From the NCBI RefSeq assembly GCF_004010195.1, contig NC_057753.1:6075520-6139519 (forward strand): DNA of 64,000 bases, read 5' to 3'. The notes under the pieces are model-generated. The model was not told the origin of the DNA. It ran no database searches and saw only the letters and a program-made list of their open reading frames with translations. This DNA comes from Chiloscyllium plagiosum. Lineage: Eukaryota. Position numbers and translations under genes: made by a program. The first letter of the stretch is position 1, and each line of letters opens with the position of its first letter. Below are positions 34,166 to 46,821 of the stretch, in pieces.

Positions 34166-34996
34166 ATTCATTATATAAAGCCATTTAACAAAATGAAGAA
34201 GCATTCAGTATATAAAGTCAATTAACAAGATGAAAAGTGTTCATTATGTGAAGCCAGTTAAGAAGGTTAAGAACATACATTGTGTAAAAGCAGATGACTT
34301 AATCTTTACTATTGACACTTGCTGATTATAACGGTCACCCAATCAATACGTACGTTGCCTTATCTGAATGCTCCTCCCTGTAAATGACTATATAATTCTT
34401 TAAGGAACTGCTGTTCCGGAGAAGACTGAACTCCTGTCTCTGTGCGCATGGTTGATCAGACATAAATTCTGTGTCTTATAATCCTGCTCCACAACCCCCT
34501 GATGAAGGAACAGTGCTCCGAAAGCTGGTGCTTCCAAATCAACCTGCTGGACTCTAACCTGGTGTTGTGTGGGAGAATATCTGAGGTGATGAGGTTGTAT
34601 ATCGTCTGGGAGATGGAGTTTTGGTCTGATGATTCAGTATAAAGTCAATTAACAAGATGAAAAGTGTTCATTATGTGAAGCCTGTTAAGAAGGTTAAGAA
34701 CATACATTGTGTAAAAGCAGATAACTTAATCTTTACTATTGACACTTGCTGATTATAACGGTCACCCAATCAATACGTATGTTGCCTTATCTGAATGCTC
34801 CTCCCTGTAAATGACTATATAATTCTTTAAGGAACTGCTGTTCCGGAGAAGACAGAACTCCTGTCTCTGTGCGCATGGGTGATCAGACATAAATTCTGTG
34901 TCTTATAATCCTGCTCCACAACCACCTGATGAAGGAACAGTGCTCCGAAAGCTATGCTTCCAAATCAACCTGCTGGACTCTGACCTGGTGTTGTGA
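34103..34996 (+). repeat. Tandem duplication (~466-bp first unit, shorter second unit), each unit ending in a hammerhead-bearing Penelope pseudo-LTR
   Basis: gtgggagaatatctgagg starts at 34103 and 34569; the copies are near-identical. CTGATGA-A-GGAAC(agt)GCTCC-GAAA-GC occurs at ~34499 and ~34926. Confidence 0.92.
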
Positions 34997-34999
34997 TTT

Positions 35000-37467
35000 T
35001 TAACTTTGCCCATTCAAGCCTGACTGACCATTCTCAAAGATCGTGGCGATCTGCCTCAATTTCTCATTCAATGACGACCCTGATCACCAACAACTCCTCG
35101 ATATTTCAATAATCTATCTGCCTTCTGTATGAAAACTTTGTTATAACCTTCACAATTCTCTAGGGTAGACCATTCCAGGAATTCACTTCGCATGTGAAAT
35201 TCCTTCACATCTTAGCTATAATTTACTGTTTCTTCCTCTGTAACAATGTCCTCCAGTTCAAGATTCACTCACTAATGGATAATCTACCCTGTAATGTCCC
35301 CTCAGGCTGTTGTAAATTTCAATGAATTAATACCTAACTTATTATTTTTGATTTTGCAAAATTTCAATGGACCCCATGAGCCCTTGCCTTTGCAATCGGT
35401 CTCCCTTATCAAAAGTCTTGCTGAAGTCCAAATATATATCAAAAGTGTTGTCCGCACAGGTCACCTGGAAAAAAAATTTGATTCAAGTTGACCAGCTGTA
35501 ACCTCTCTAAACCAAAACCGTGCAGACTGTTCTTGATCAATCTTTGCCTCTGCTAATGCAAAATAATTCTGTCCCTCAGAATTGTTTTAAATATTTTCCT
35601 TATCATCAAGGTTAATTTGACTGTCTTTTCTTCGCTTATTCCTCAATCTCTTCTTGAATAAAAGTAGCATTTTGGTTGTCATTCAGTCATGTAGCTCCTC
35701 TCTTGTGGCCAGAGAGGTGTTGAAAATCTTTGCAAACACGCTGTTATTTTGTCTCAAAAGCCATTAATTCTCCGCCCCGCCCAAAACCGCCTCCTGTGTG
35801 CCCACACCCTCTCTTTGGAGCAGCCAGACTGGACACCAACAACAAGACTGCTGCTGCAGCAGTTGCCTTTGTGGGGTAAGTCTCCAAATAGTGTGTACAC
35901 AGCCACAGGGAAAGGGGGTGGGGTTAGGGTACACCCCTCTCTACAACTCCAGAGAAAGTGTGGGAAGAAAGAGGGCAGGCAGTCAGTCATTTGGAGACGG
36001 TGTCTATTTAATTACTGTAAACAAAAGATGCTGGAAACACGTCTTTGATTAAATGTTTCTATTGGGACCTCGAGACCTCCTTCAGATAATCCGATTTTTG
36101 GTTAATTGTGGTTCCTCTGTATAGAATCCCAATAGTGCAGAAAGAAGTAATTTGGGCTATAGAGTCTGCACCAAACCTCTGAAGACTATCAGACCCAGAC
36201 CCAATGCTGTATATCTCTCAATTTGTAAGGTTCATATGATCTGGTGGTCCCACCCTTCTCATTCATGGAAACACACTGGCCCTGTGCTCTACATATTTCC
36301 CTTGTGACTGCTTCCCACTGGTTTGAGACAGATTTACCTGAAAATATCTGTTCATAGCTCACTCTGGCCAAATCATATCTGATCTCATTAAAATCTGTTG
36401 GTTTACAGCTTCGATTTCTGGCCCATTCTAGTCCTTTTCCATAACAACCTTGCATCTGAAGGGGTCATGGTGACTGTCTGAAAAATGCTGCTCCACTTCA
36501 ACCACTTGCCTGGCTTTGTCACTGTAGGACCTCCCTCTCCCTTGTAGGGACTTCACCATACTGGCTTAAACACTCCTTTCTATATTTCTTAAAAGAAATT
36601 GTAAAAAGTTCACACAATGATAATAACAATTAATGCTGGGGAAGTGATTTTCTCTTGTATCGTAATGCTATTGCTTCCCTGAAGTTCCCACACGTTCTCG
36701 GGTCAATGAATTCAATACACGGAGTCCTTTCTATATTTCTTAAAAGAAATTGTAAAAAGTTCACACAATGATAATAACAATTAATGCTGGGGAAGTGATT
36801 TTCTCTTGTATCACAATGCTATTGCTTCCCTGAAGTTCGCCAATTTACTTGCTCATCTATATCTCTTGGATCAATGGTGTGTCTATAGTACATTCTCTGC
36901 AATCTGATTCATTTTTCTGTTTTGTTTTTGAGTTCTGTCCATACAGATTCATTTTATAAGTTTTCTAATGTATCATCCCTCCTTACTTTTGTAAAAGATC
37001 TCCTGAACAAAAATGAGACCCCATAAGACATAGTGGAAGTAAGGCCATTCGGCCCATCGTGTCCACTCCGCCATTCAATCATGGCTGATGGGCATTTCAA
37101 TTCCACTTATCCGCATTCGCCCCGTAGCCCTTAATTCCTCGTGATATCAAGAATTTATCAATCTCTGCCTTGAAGACATTTAGCGTCCTGGCCTTCGCTG
37201 CACTCTGCGGCAATGAATTCCACAGGCCCACCACTCTCTGGCAGAAGAAATGTCTCCGCATTTCTGTTCTGAATTTACCTCCTCTAATTCTAAGGCTGTG
37301 TCCACAGGTCCTAGTCACCTCGCCTAATGGAAACAATTTCCTAGCGTCCACCCTCTCCAAGCCATGTATTATCTTGTAAGTTTCTATTAGATCTCCCCTT
37401 AATTTTCTAAACTCCAATGAATACAATCCCAGGATCCTCAGCCATTCCTTGTATGTTAGACCTACCA
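35000..37467 (-). mobile_element. Series of CR1 fragments (old RT/APE pieces; young 3' end at 37022-37467), with a non-CR1 island at ~35750-36050
   Basis: ORF 37097-37426 LRGDLIETYKIIHGLERVD...FFCQRVVGLWNSLP; older pieces are degenerate. Confidence 0.7.
36574..36838 (+). repeat. 114-bp direct repeat pair separated by a 37-nt spacer
   Basis: 36574-36687 and 36725-36838 differ at about two positions. Confidence 0.92.
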
Positions 37468-38252
37468 NNNNNNNNNNNNNNNNNNNNNNNNNNNNNNNNN
37501 NNNNNNNNNNNNNNNNNNNNNNNNNNNNNNNNNNNNNNNNNNNNNNNNNNNNNNNNNNNNNNNNNNNNNNNNNNNNNNNNNNNNNNNNNNNNNNNNNNNN
37601 NNNNNNNNNNNNNNNNNNNNNNNNNNNNNNNNNNNNNNNNNNNNNNNNNNNNNNNNNNNNNNNNNNNNNNNNNNNNNNNNNNNNNNNNNNNNNNNNNNNN
37701 NNNNNNNNNNNNNNNNNNNNNNNNNNNNNNNNNNNNNNNNNNNNNNNNNNNNNNNNNNNNNNNNNNNNNNNNNNNNNNNNNNNNNNNNNNNNNNNNNNNN
37801 NNNNNNNNNNNNNNNNNNNNNNNNNNNNNNNNNNNNNNNNNNNNNNNNNNNNNNNNNNNNNNNNNNNNNNNNNNNNNNNNNNNNNNNNNNNNNNNNNNNN
37901 NNNNNNNNNNNNNNNNNNNNNNNNNNNNNNNNNNNNNNNNNNNNNNNNNNNNNNNNNNNNNNNNNNNNNNNNNNNNNNNNNNNNNNNNNNNNNNNNNNNN
38001 NNNNNNNNNNNNNNNNNNNNNNNNNNNNNNNNNNNNNNNNNNNNNNNNNNNNNNNNNNNNNNNNNNNNNNNNNNNNNNNNNNNNNNNNNNNNNNNNNNNN
38101 NNNNNNNNNNNNNNNNNNNNNNNNNNNNNNNNNNNNNNNNNNNNNNNNNNNNNNNNNNNNNNNNNNNNNNNNNNNNNNNNNNNNNNNNNNNNNNNNNNNN
38201 NNNNNNNNNNNNNNNNNNNNNNNNNNNNNNNNNNNNNNNNNNNNNNNNNNNN
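37468..38252. other. Assembly gap (N run)
   Basis: Run of N between two oppositely oriented CR1 3' fragments. Confidence 1.
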
Positions 38253-38790
38253 GGGGCATAGTTTTAAATTAAGGGGTGGTAGGTATAGGACAGATGTTAG
38301 GGGTAGATTCTTTACTCAGCGAGTCGTGAGTTCATGGAATGCCCTGCCAGTAGCTGTGGTGGACTCTCCCTCTTTTTCTGGGCATTTAAATGGGCATTGG
38401 ATAGGCATATGGAGGATAGTGGGCTAGTGTAGGTTAGGTGGGCCTGGATCGACGCAACATCGAGGGCCGAAGGGCCTGTACTGCACTGTATTTTTCTATG
38501 TTCTATAAATTGGCCATAGTGTTAGTGCATTAGTCAGTGAAATGGGTCTGGATGGGTTACTCTTTTAAGGGTCGGTGTGGACTTGTTGGGCCGAAGGGCC
38601 TGTTTCCACACAGTAGTGAATCTATTCATAAATGACGACATTGCATTTGTTTTCTTAATCACGGACTCAACCTGCATGTTTACCTTTACAGAATCCTCGA
38701 CTCGCACTCCCAGATCCCTTTGTACTTTGGCATTATGAATTTTCTCACCGTTTAGAAAGTAGTCCACGTTTGTATTCCTTTGACTCTTTC
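38253..38790. mobile_element. CR1 3' end (+, to ~38505), SINE tail fragment, and CR1 RT fragment (-)
   Basis: GHSFKLRGGRYRTDVRGRFFTQRVVSSWNALP, ttctatgttctat tail; minus ORF DYFLNGEKI...QRDLGV. Confidence 0.8.
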
Positions 38791-39194
38791 TGTCTCACGT
38801 GACAACCCTGTATCATTGGATATTGATTGTCAATTGTGTTCCTCTTTCAACTATTTCTCTGTGATGGCAATGTCTTCATGTCCCCACGTTTTCATTGCTG
38901 TCCTCGATTCAACTGCCTGTTCTGTCTGATTCTGAGCATTGGTATAAATACCATCTAACCTTGTTAATCTTGCTTGGGCATTAATTGGTCTGTAAAATCT
39001 ATGCCTTCCTTTATTCTCACTTTTTACCCCCTTCTGTTTTGAATGCTCTCTGTGGATCCCTGACTAAATTAGTTTATATGCCCCTAATAGGAAACGTAAA
39101 CCTCAAATGCATATTGGTCCCATTCCAGTCCAGGTGCAACCCCATCTGCCTTGAACAAACAGTGTATAAGATGGCATGCTGTGTTATCCCTGAG

Positions 39195-39445
39195 TTTAAT
39201 TCCACCCTTGGGTATCAGTCTGTGTGGAGTTTGCACATTCTCCTCATGTCTGCATGGGTTTCTTCCCGCAGTGCAAACATGTGCCGATTATGGTCAATTT
39301 ACCATAACCAATTCACCTAATGTCTGGGGATGTGCAGGCTAGATGGGTTAGCCATGGTAAATGCAGGATTACAGGTATAGGGTGAGGGGGGTAGGTCTGG
39401 GTGGGATGGTCTTCGGAGGATCAGTGTGGATTCAATGGGCTGAAT
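39195..39445 (+). mobile_element. Degenerate HE1-type SINE
   Basis: gtctgtgtggagtttgcacattctcc...gtctgcatgggtttc V-domain and tail. Confidence 0.7.
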
Positions 39446-42374
39446 AGTGGTTAAGAAACTCCGTTATTTTCTTGCACTGCTGGAGGTAAGGATGATGGCT
39501 GTGCAGAGATGGACAATAGACAATAGGTGCAGGAGTAGGCCATTCTGCCCTTCGAGCTTGCACCACCATTCATTATGATCATGGCTGATCATCCGCAATC
39601 ATCATCCTGTTCCTGCCTTATCTCCATAACCCTCGATTCCAAAGAATCAAAGAGCCCTCCAAAGAAAAATAATTGACCTTGGAAATATGATAACTTGATG
39701 CATCATAGTTTTAACAAAGATGATTTATATGATTTTTTTTCCTCACATAGTCACAGGCAGGCCAAACATCCGGTTACCTAAGTAGTCCAAGATGGTGAAG
39801 AGCTGCCCATGCCTAATGTCATAGAACATGGCTGATAGTAGTTTAGGGACCTTGGGAAAATATTTGCTTTATGTAGTCTTCACAAGTACAATAGTACCTG
39901 TAGACCCAAGGTAACAGAACTGAAATAGAATGTGCAGGCATTTATGCAGATGAAATACATAACATTTAATTAGTAAATCTGTCTAAAATACAACCAGTTA
40001 AGATCCTTCAAATAATCATAGACATAGCTTCTGAGGTAGTTATAGATTAAACTATACAAAAAAAGCATTCGATGAGAAGATTCAAATAAAATTGAGAGCA
40101 AACCAGTTTCTGACAGTAAAAGCAGCCCCCATATAATGTCAGCGAGCGATGAATAATAGATACTGAAATTAGCAGACACTAGAGTGTAAGTGAATGAACA
40201 CGTTGTAAGACGTGCAAGGATAAAGATCAGGATGACTAGTAATTACAGTTTGAAAGAAAAGAAACTGCTCCCAACTAGCTAAAATTCTAACATTAGGTGT
40301 GACCATGTAACTTTGCTGGAGCTGATATTGTAACAATTAATTAAAAGCAATATTATTTTCTATTTTCTGTAATGAGGTTAATAAGGAATTTAAACAGTCC
40401 TCAAATGATAAGCAAGTATCCAATTAATTGGCAGCTTCAAATTTCTGGGAAGCAATGTCAGCGTGGGGGTGGTAGCTGCATCAGCCGCATGGCTACTGGC
40501 GTTTCCGAGGCCAGGGGAATCTTCTGGAATGTTCAAGGAGCGCTGGTTATGGGTCTCCATTGTGAGAAGCCCCAAGAAGAGATAAGCGAGACTTGAAGAC
40601 ATCATGAGACCATGGAGGATCAGGGGTTGACCAAATGCCTGGCCATCTCTTGTCAGTCCTATGATAAGCTAAATTGAATGTGCATGTAATTAATAATTGT
40701 TTGTAAATGTTAAAGGTGGGGGGATGAAACAAATGTATGTTTTCCTTGTTCGGTGAAGGTATCCAGATTTTCAGAGGGTTTCTTCCCGCCAGTGTAATTT
40801 CAATAAACTCTGATGTTGGAAGCAACCTTCTGGGTGTCAAGTCAATCATTTGATTATTTCACCCCTTATTGCTGCAAACAAGTTGTCTTCATACAGAAAT
40901 TGGTATTAAAATTACAAAAATGCCACATGCATTAAGCAGCAATAAGATAGCGAAAGTTTGCAGAGGAAGAGAGCCATGGAAGAGAAACTCATTGACAGCT
41001 CCGTACATTTGAGTGGTTGTTACATACTCATCAAAGTGGGAAACCTTGAACCAGCCAGGCCAAATGGTCAATTTGTTTTGGCTAGTAGATCATAACAAGA
41101 GACCAGTCTAAACTATGTGGAAAGGTCATGAGGTAACCTAGCTCAGCCAACATGTCCAGAATCATTGTCCTTTTTCTTTCAACATCATCATCAATTCTCA
41201 GAATGCAAATTAAATTCATAACCTTCCCAGATCTCAAGCTCCAGGGGATAACATGCAAACATTCAATCCATGACATGTCAGTGCTCACTCAAATCAGCCA
41301 ATAAAGGGTTAATCTTTCCCTCTGTCTCCCTCTTGTCTCCCTCAAACCCTTCAGTCAGTGAATGTAATTTACAGAAGCATGCTTTTTCTCACTCACACTT
41401 GAACAACTTTTTCCAACCTGTAAGGCTAATGAGGCATTTGCTTTCCAGAGCAGCCAAGATGAGGGAGTTGAGGTTCATAAATTCAAATCTGCTCAGTCTG
41501 GTAGACATAAAAAATTATCAGGATTGTTCCACTGAGCTTATTAAATTACAAGTTCTTTTCCTTTTGAGTATGAGTTTTGTTAAGAGTCTTCGATATAAAC
41601 ATAAATTTAGTTATCAGACACTCTACTGTGAAATATGTGTATCTCCAGCCTTTGGCATTAGAAGGAAGTAATGTCACATATTCCACAAGTGAACAACTGT
41701 TTTCACCTTATTTACCCCAATCCATTTATAATTAGAACAGATGTCCCCAAATCTTCTGAACAAGCACCTTCCTGCATTCTCTGCAGCAGATGTATCAAAT
41801 CTAAGGTGACATGCTTTCTCATATGGGCCACGTGCAGTCAGGCAGGACTTGTTTAGTTTGGGATTATGTTTGGCATTAACTAGTTATGACTGACTATAAC
41901 TACACAGAGCGGTGGGTCTGAGAAAACAGTGGTGTGGGGGTGGGGGAGAGCAGTGTGTTGGACCCGGCGATTGCAACGGGATGGGAGCAGGAGGATGAGC
42001 AGAAGCATTTCATAAATTCACAACTCAACACTGTTGTGTGTACTTTTGTTCCCTTTCCCCGAGGAAAGCTTTCCAGGCAATTGAAAAATTGCAAAGGTTT
42101 ACCAGAGTGATTCTTGGGAAGGTGGGACTGATATATGTTAAGAGATGACCACTTAGGACTGTTTTCACTGGAGTTTAGAAGAATGAGGGGAACCTCAGAA
42201 CAATGAATCCGAGACAACTTCTCGTGCACACAAATAAACTGGTATGTAAATTTGTACTTCGTTTGGTATTTTTACTTGCCAATGTGGAAAAATGTGAATT
42301 TGTTCTGTCCGTGGCATACTGCGGCGTTCCAGTGAATCACAACACAAACTTGAAGAATAACATTTTTGCAACAG

Positions 42375-44076
42375 GACCAGGGAGCTGCTGGGAAGTTAAA
42401 ATCCTCCTTTTAAAAACGTACTTAATGGGATCGGTAACCTCCATTTCTGCAGGAGCAGTGGGAGCAGTGAAACCAAGGACCAGAGGGCTGCCGGCAAGGT
42501 AAATTAATCATTTAATAACTTATCTTGTGAATAGGCGGAGTGCATGCTGAGCAGGAGCAGACACAGGACTGCTGAGTGAGATATTATATTTGGGCGGTTG
42601 CTTTACCCAAAACATTACTTAGGTAGTGTCTCCCATTCATCATCCTCCTCTAACCAAAAAAAAAAGGTTCTGTGTGCCAATTTTGGTAAGGTTACTAGCT
42701 TTTTCAATAGTCTCTTTGGGAAGGCAGATAGTAGGAATGGATGTTAGCACAGTTGCAAGCTCTTCCTGTAAAATGTGGGAGGTAAGGGTCGCCACTACTT
42801 CATGTGCGGGAAGTGCACCCAACTCCAGTTTCTCGGAGAAGGCGTTAGGGAACTGGAACTGGAGTTGGATGGACTTTGCATCATTCAGGAGGCAGAGGGA
42901 GTAATAGAGAGGAGTTACAGGGAGATAGTCTTACCTTAGGTACAGGAAGATAGGTAGATGGGTTACTGTCAAGGGATCCCGTGGCTGTTTGCATCAATAA
43001 TAAGTATACTGTTTTGGATATGACTGGGGGGGCAGGGACGAGCTACCATAGGAATGCTATAGTGGACATGTCTCTGGCACTGAGCCTGGCTCTGTGGCCT
43101 AGAAGCGAAGGGGAGAATAGAAAAGTACTAGTGGTTGGAGATACAATAGTTAGAGGAACAGACAGGAGATTCTGTGTTCGCAAACCGGTCTCCCAGAAGG
43201 TGCCTCTCAGATGCCAGAGTCCAGGATGTCTCTGATCAAGTCTACAAGATTCTGAAAGGGGAGGGGGAGCAGCCAAAAGTCGTGGTGCACTTTGGCACCA
43301 ATAACATAACTAGGAAAAGGGATGAGGATTGATCAAGTGATTTCAGGGAGTTATGTTGGAAACTAAAAAGCAGGACGAGCAGTGTAGTAATCTCAGGATT
43401 ACTACCAGTGCCATGTGCTAGTGAGATGAGGAACAGGGAGTGAGTGCAGTTTAACATGTGCTAGAGGGCTGTTGCAGTAGAGTGGGCTTGAGATACATAG
43501 ATCATCGGGTTACCTTCTGGGGAAGATGGGATCTTTACATGAAGTACGAGTTGCACTTAAACTGGAGGGGCACCAACATCCTGGGCCGAAGATTTGCTGG
43601 AGCATTTTGGGAGGGTTTAAACTAGTTTGGCAGGGGGGTGGGAACCAGATCCACTGACTAGACGAGGCAGTAGTTATTGAACAGGCAGATATAGAAGGCA
43701 GAGAATCTGTTAGGAAGGATACACAGTTTGTAGGGCAAAGGGATGGGTTGAAGTGCATCTATTTCAATATAAGGAGTGTCAAGAATAAGAGTGACAAACT
43801 TGGAGCATAAATCAGTACTTGGAACTACAATGCTGTGGCCATAACACAGACATGGGTTTCACAGGGGCAGGAATGGTTGTTAGATGTTCCAGAGTTCAGA
43901 TCTTTTTAAAAAGAACATAGACCGGGTTTAAGAGAGGAAGGGAAGTAGGATTGCTAATTCGAGAGTGCATCCAGCTGCAGAAAAGGAAGTTGTTGAGGAG
44001 GGTTAGTCAGGATGGGTGGAAGTCAGTAACAGGAAAGGAGCAGTCACTTAATGGGCTTTTTCTATAGATCCCCCTA
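42375..44076 (+). mobile_element. CR1 LINE 5' part (5' UTR, ORF1 zinc finger + SGNH esterase, start of APE); 3'-truncated at the 44-bp array
   Basis: SSCKMWEVRV, VLVVGDTIVRGTDRRFC, VVVHFGTNNI, LKCIYFN; homologous to 51500-53150. Confidence 0.88.
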
Positions 44077-44875
44077 TTGGCCCTGTGCAATGTGTCTGAG
44101 AGGCCTTTGTTAGGAAAGATCAGTGCCTCTGTCAGACTGCCTAGGGATTCTTGTCAGACCAGATCAGTGCCTCCAACATGCCGCACAGCAGTCTTTCACA
44201 GACCGAAGCAGTGCATCAGATACACTATACAACGGCCTTTGCCCGACTATCTTTTTCAATAGTTGGTGCCACAGACAGTATCATAGCTCAGACACTGCAG
44301 GGCATGCTGCACAGGGGCCTTGGTAAGACTAGACTGGTACCTCACACACACTACTGATTGCTTTGTGACCAAAGATCAATGACTCAGATACACAACAGAG
44401 GCTGCTTTGACACAGCAGATTGATGCCAAGTAGAGACTGTACAGGGGCCTCAGACTGAACAGATTAGTGCCTCAGACAGATTGCACAGGGGCCTTTGATG
44501 TATGAGATTGGTGTGTCACACCAATGACAGAGTGGCCTATCACAGACCAGATTGGTGCCTTAGTGAGACTGCCTGGGGCCGGAGAAAGGCCAGATCAGAT
44601 GCTCAGCCAGCTGTAAGAGCTTTTGACAGTCCAGATCAGTGCCTCAGACAGACTGTACAGTTCACTCTGTCAATCCAGATTGGTGCCAGAGACACACTGC
44701 ACAGCGGCCTTTTACAGACTGGATCAGTGCTTCAGACACATAACAGAGGGTTCTCTGTCAGACCATATCAACACTTTAGATGTACTGCACAGGGGCGTCT
44801 GTCAGACCAGATGAGTGATGCAGATTCAGTGCAGAGGGCCTCTCATCAGAACATTCTGGTACCTCAACATACTGG
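44077..44875 (-). repeat. 44-bp minisatellite array (~18 diverged units), reverse complement of the array at 49968-50855
   Basis: Plus-strand unit ~CAGACCAGATCAGTGCCTCAGACAGACTGCACAGGGGCCTTTGA; 44-nt period counted from 44155. Confidence 0.85.
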
Positions 44876-45074
44876 GAGAAAAGAGGACGGCAGATGGTGG
44901 AACTCAGAGCCAAAAAGTGTGATGCTGCTGGAAAAGTGCGATCTGTCAGGATCAGAGTCAAAACATGTGGGGCTGAAAACTACAAATGTTAGGAGATCAC
45001 AGTGTGTCAGGCAGTATTGCAGAGAGACAACAAGTTAACATTTTGAGTGTCAATGACTCTTAATCAGAGCTAGA

Positions 45075-46820
45075 GCATAGAACATACAACATTATAGTGC
45101 AGTACAGGCCCTTCGGCCCTTGATGTTGTGCCGACCTGTCATACCAATCTGAAGCCCATCAAATCTACACTATTCCATGCACATCCATATGCTTGTCCAA
45201 TGACGACTTAACTGTACTTGAGTTGGCGAATCTGTGACCGTTGCAGGCAAAGCAATTCAAACCCTTACACTGAGTTACGAAACTACCTCTGACCTCTGTC
45301 CTATGTCGTTCACCCCTCAATTTAAAGCTTTGCCCCTTCGTTCTCGCCATCACCATTCTTGGAAAAAGGCTCTCCCTGTCCACCCTATCTAACCCTCTGA
45401 TTATCTTATATGTCCCTATTAAGTCACCTCTTAACCTTCTCTCCAACGAAAACAGCCTCACGTCCCTCAGCCTTTCCTCGTAAGACCTTACCTCCACACC
45501 AGGCAACATCCGAGTAAATCTCCTGTGCACCCTCTCCAAAGCTTCCACATCCATCTTATAATGTGATGACCAGAACTGTACACAATACTCCAAGTGCAGC
45601 CGCAACAGAGTCTTGTACAGCTATAGCATAACCTCGTGGTTCCAGAACTCGATCCCCCTATTAATAAAAGCTAAAACACTATGCCTTCTTAACAACCCTG
45701 TCAACCTGGGTGGAAACTTTCAAGGATCTGTGCACATGGACACCGAGATCTCTCTGCTTAGCTACACTACCAAGAATCTTACCATTAGCCCAGTATTTTG
45801 CATTCCGGTTACTCCAACCAAAGTGAATCACCTCACACTTGTCCGCATTGTGGGCGGCACGGTGGTACAGTGGTTAGCACTGCTGCCTCGCAGCGTCAGA
45901 GACCCGGGTTCAATTCCCGCCTCAGGCGACTGACTGTGTGGAGTTTGCACGTTCTCCCCGTGTCTGCGTGGGTTTCCTCTGGGTGCTCCGGTTTCCTCCC
46001 ACAGTCACAAAGATGTGCAGGTCAGTTGAATTGGCCATGCTAAATTGTCCGTAGTGTTAGGTAAGGGGTAAATGTAGGGGTATGGGTGGGTTACGCTTCG
46101 GCGGGTCGGTGTGGACTTGTTGGGCCGAAGGGCCTGTTTCCACACTGTAAGTAATCTAATCTAATCTAAAAACTCCATTTGCCACCTCTCAGCCCAGCTC
46201 TGCAGCTTATCTATGTCTCTCTGTAACCTACTACATCCTTCGTCACTATCCACAACTCCACCGACCTTAGTGTCGTCTGCAAATTTACTAACCCACCCTT
46301 CTACACCCTCATCCAGGTTGTTTATACAAATGATGAACAGCAGTGGATCCAACATTGACCCTTGCAGTACACCACTGGTAACTGGACTCCAGGATGAACA
46401 TTTTGCATCAACTACCATCCTCTGTCTACTTTCAACAAGCCAATTACTGATCCAAACTGCTATATCTTCCACAATCCCATTCCTCTGCATTTTTTACAAT
46501 AGCCTACTGTGGGGAACCTTATCAAACACATTTCTGAAATCCATATACACCACATCAACCGGTTTACTCTCATCTACCTATTTGGTCAACTTCTCAAAGA
46601 ACTTAATAAGGTTTGTGAGGCACGACCTACCCTTCACAAAACTGTGCTGACTATTCTGAATCAAATTGTTATTTTCTAGATGATTATAAATCCTATCTCT
46701 TATAACCTTTTCCAACACTTTACCAACAACTGAAGTTAGGCTCACTCGTCTATAATTACCAGGGTTGTCTCTACTCCCCTTCTTGAACAGGCGAACCACA
46801 TTTGCTATCCTCCAGTCTTC
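45075..46820 (-). mobile_element. CR1 LINE 3' part (RT and 3' UTR)
   Basis: [38 protein letters not shown] and LEYCVQFWS. Confidence 0.92.
45852..46168 (+). mobile_element. Full-length young HE1-type V-SINE nested in CR1
   Basis: A box TGGTACAGTGG, B box GGTTCAATTCC, V-domain, (TAATC)3 tail. Confidence 0.93.
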
Positions 46821-46821
46821 T

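Noticed and set aside
37417..38427. ORFs of 265-336 aa
   Set aside because: Artefacts of translating the N gap.
39640..40880. Possible LTR or retroviral 3' region (purine run ~40712, AATAAA 40802, ends in CA)
   Set aside because: No convincing 5' terminus or target duplication found by eye.
40880..41860. Possible decayed coding sequence on the minus strand (RIDDDVERKRTMILDMLAELGY; HFDEY...QMYGAVNEFLFHG)
   Set aside because: Looks protein-like but I cannot assign a family; a BLASTx search would be needed.
44502..45038. 178-aa ORF
   Set aside because: Read-through of the 44-bp minisatellite; no domain.
45852..45925. tRNA gene
   Set aside because: The A/B boxes are the head of an HE1-type SINE followed by V-domain and tail; the same applies at 25393, 59506 and 7160.
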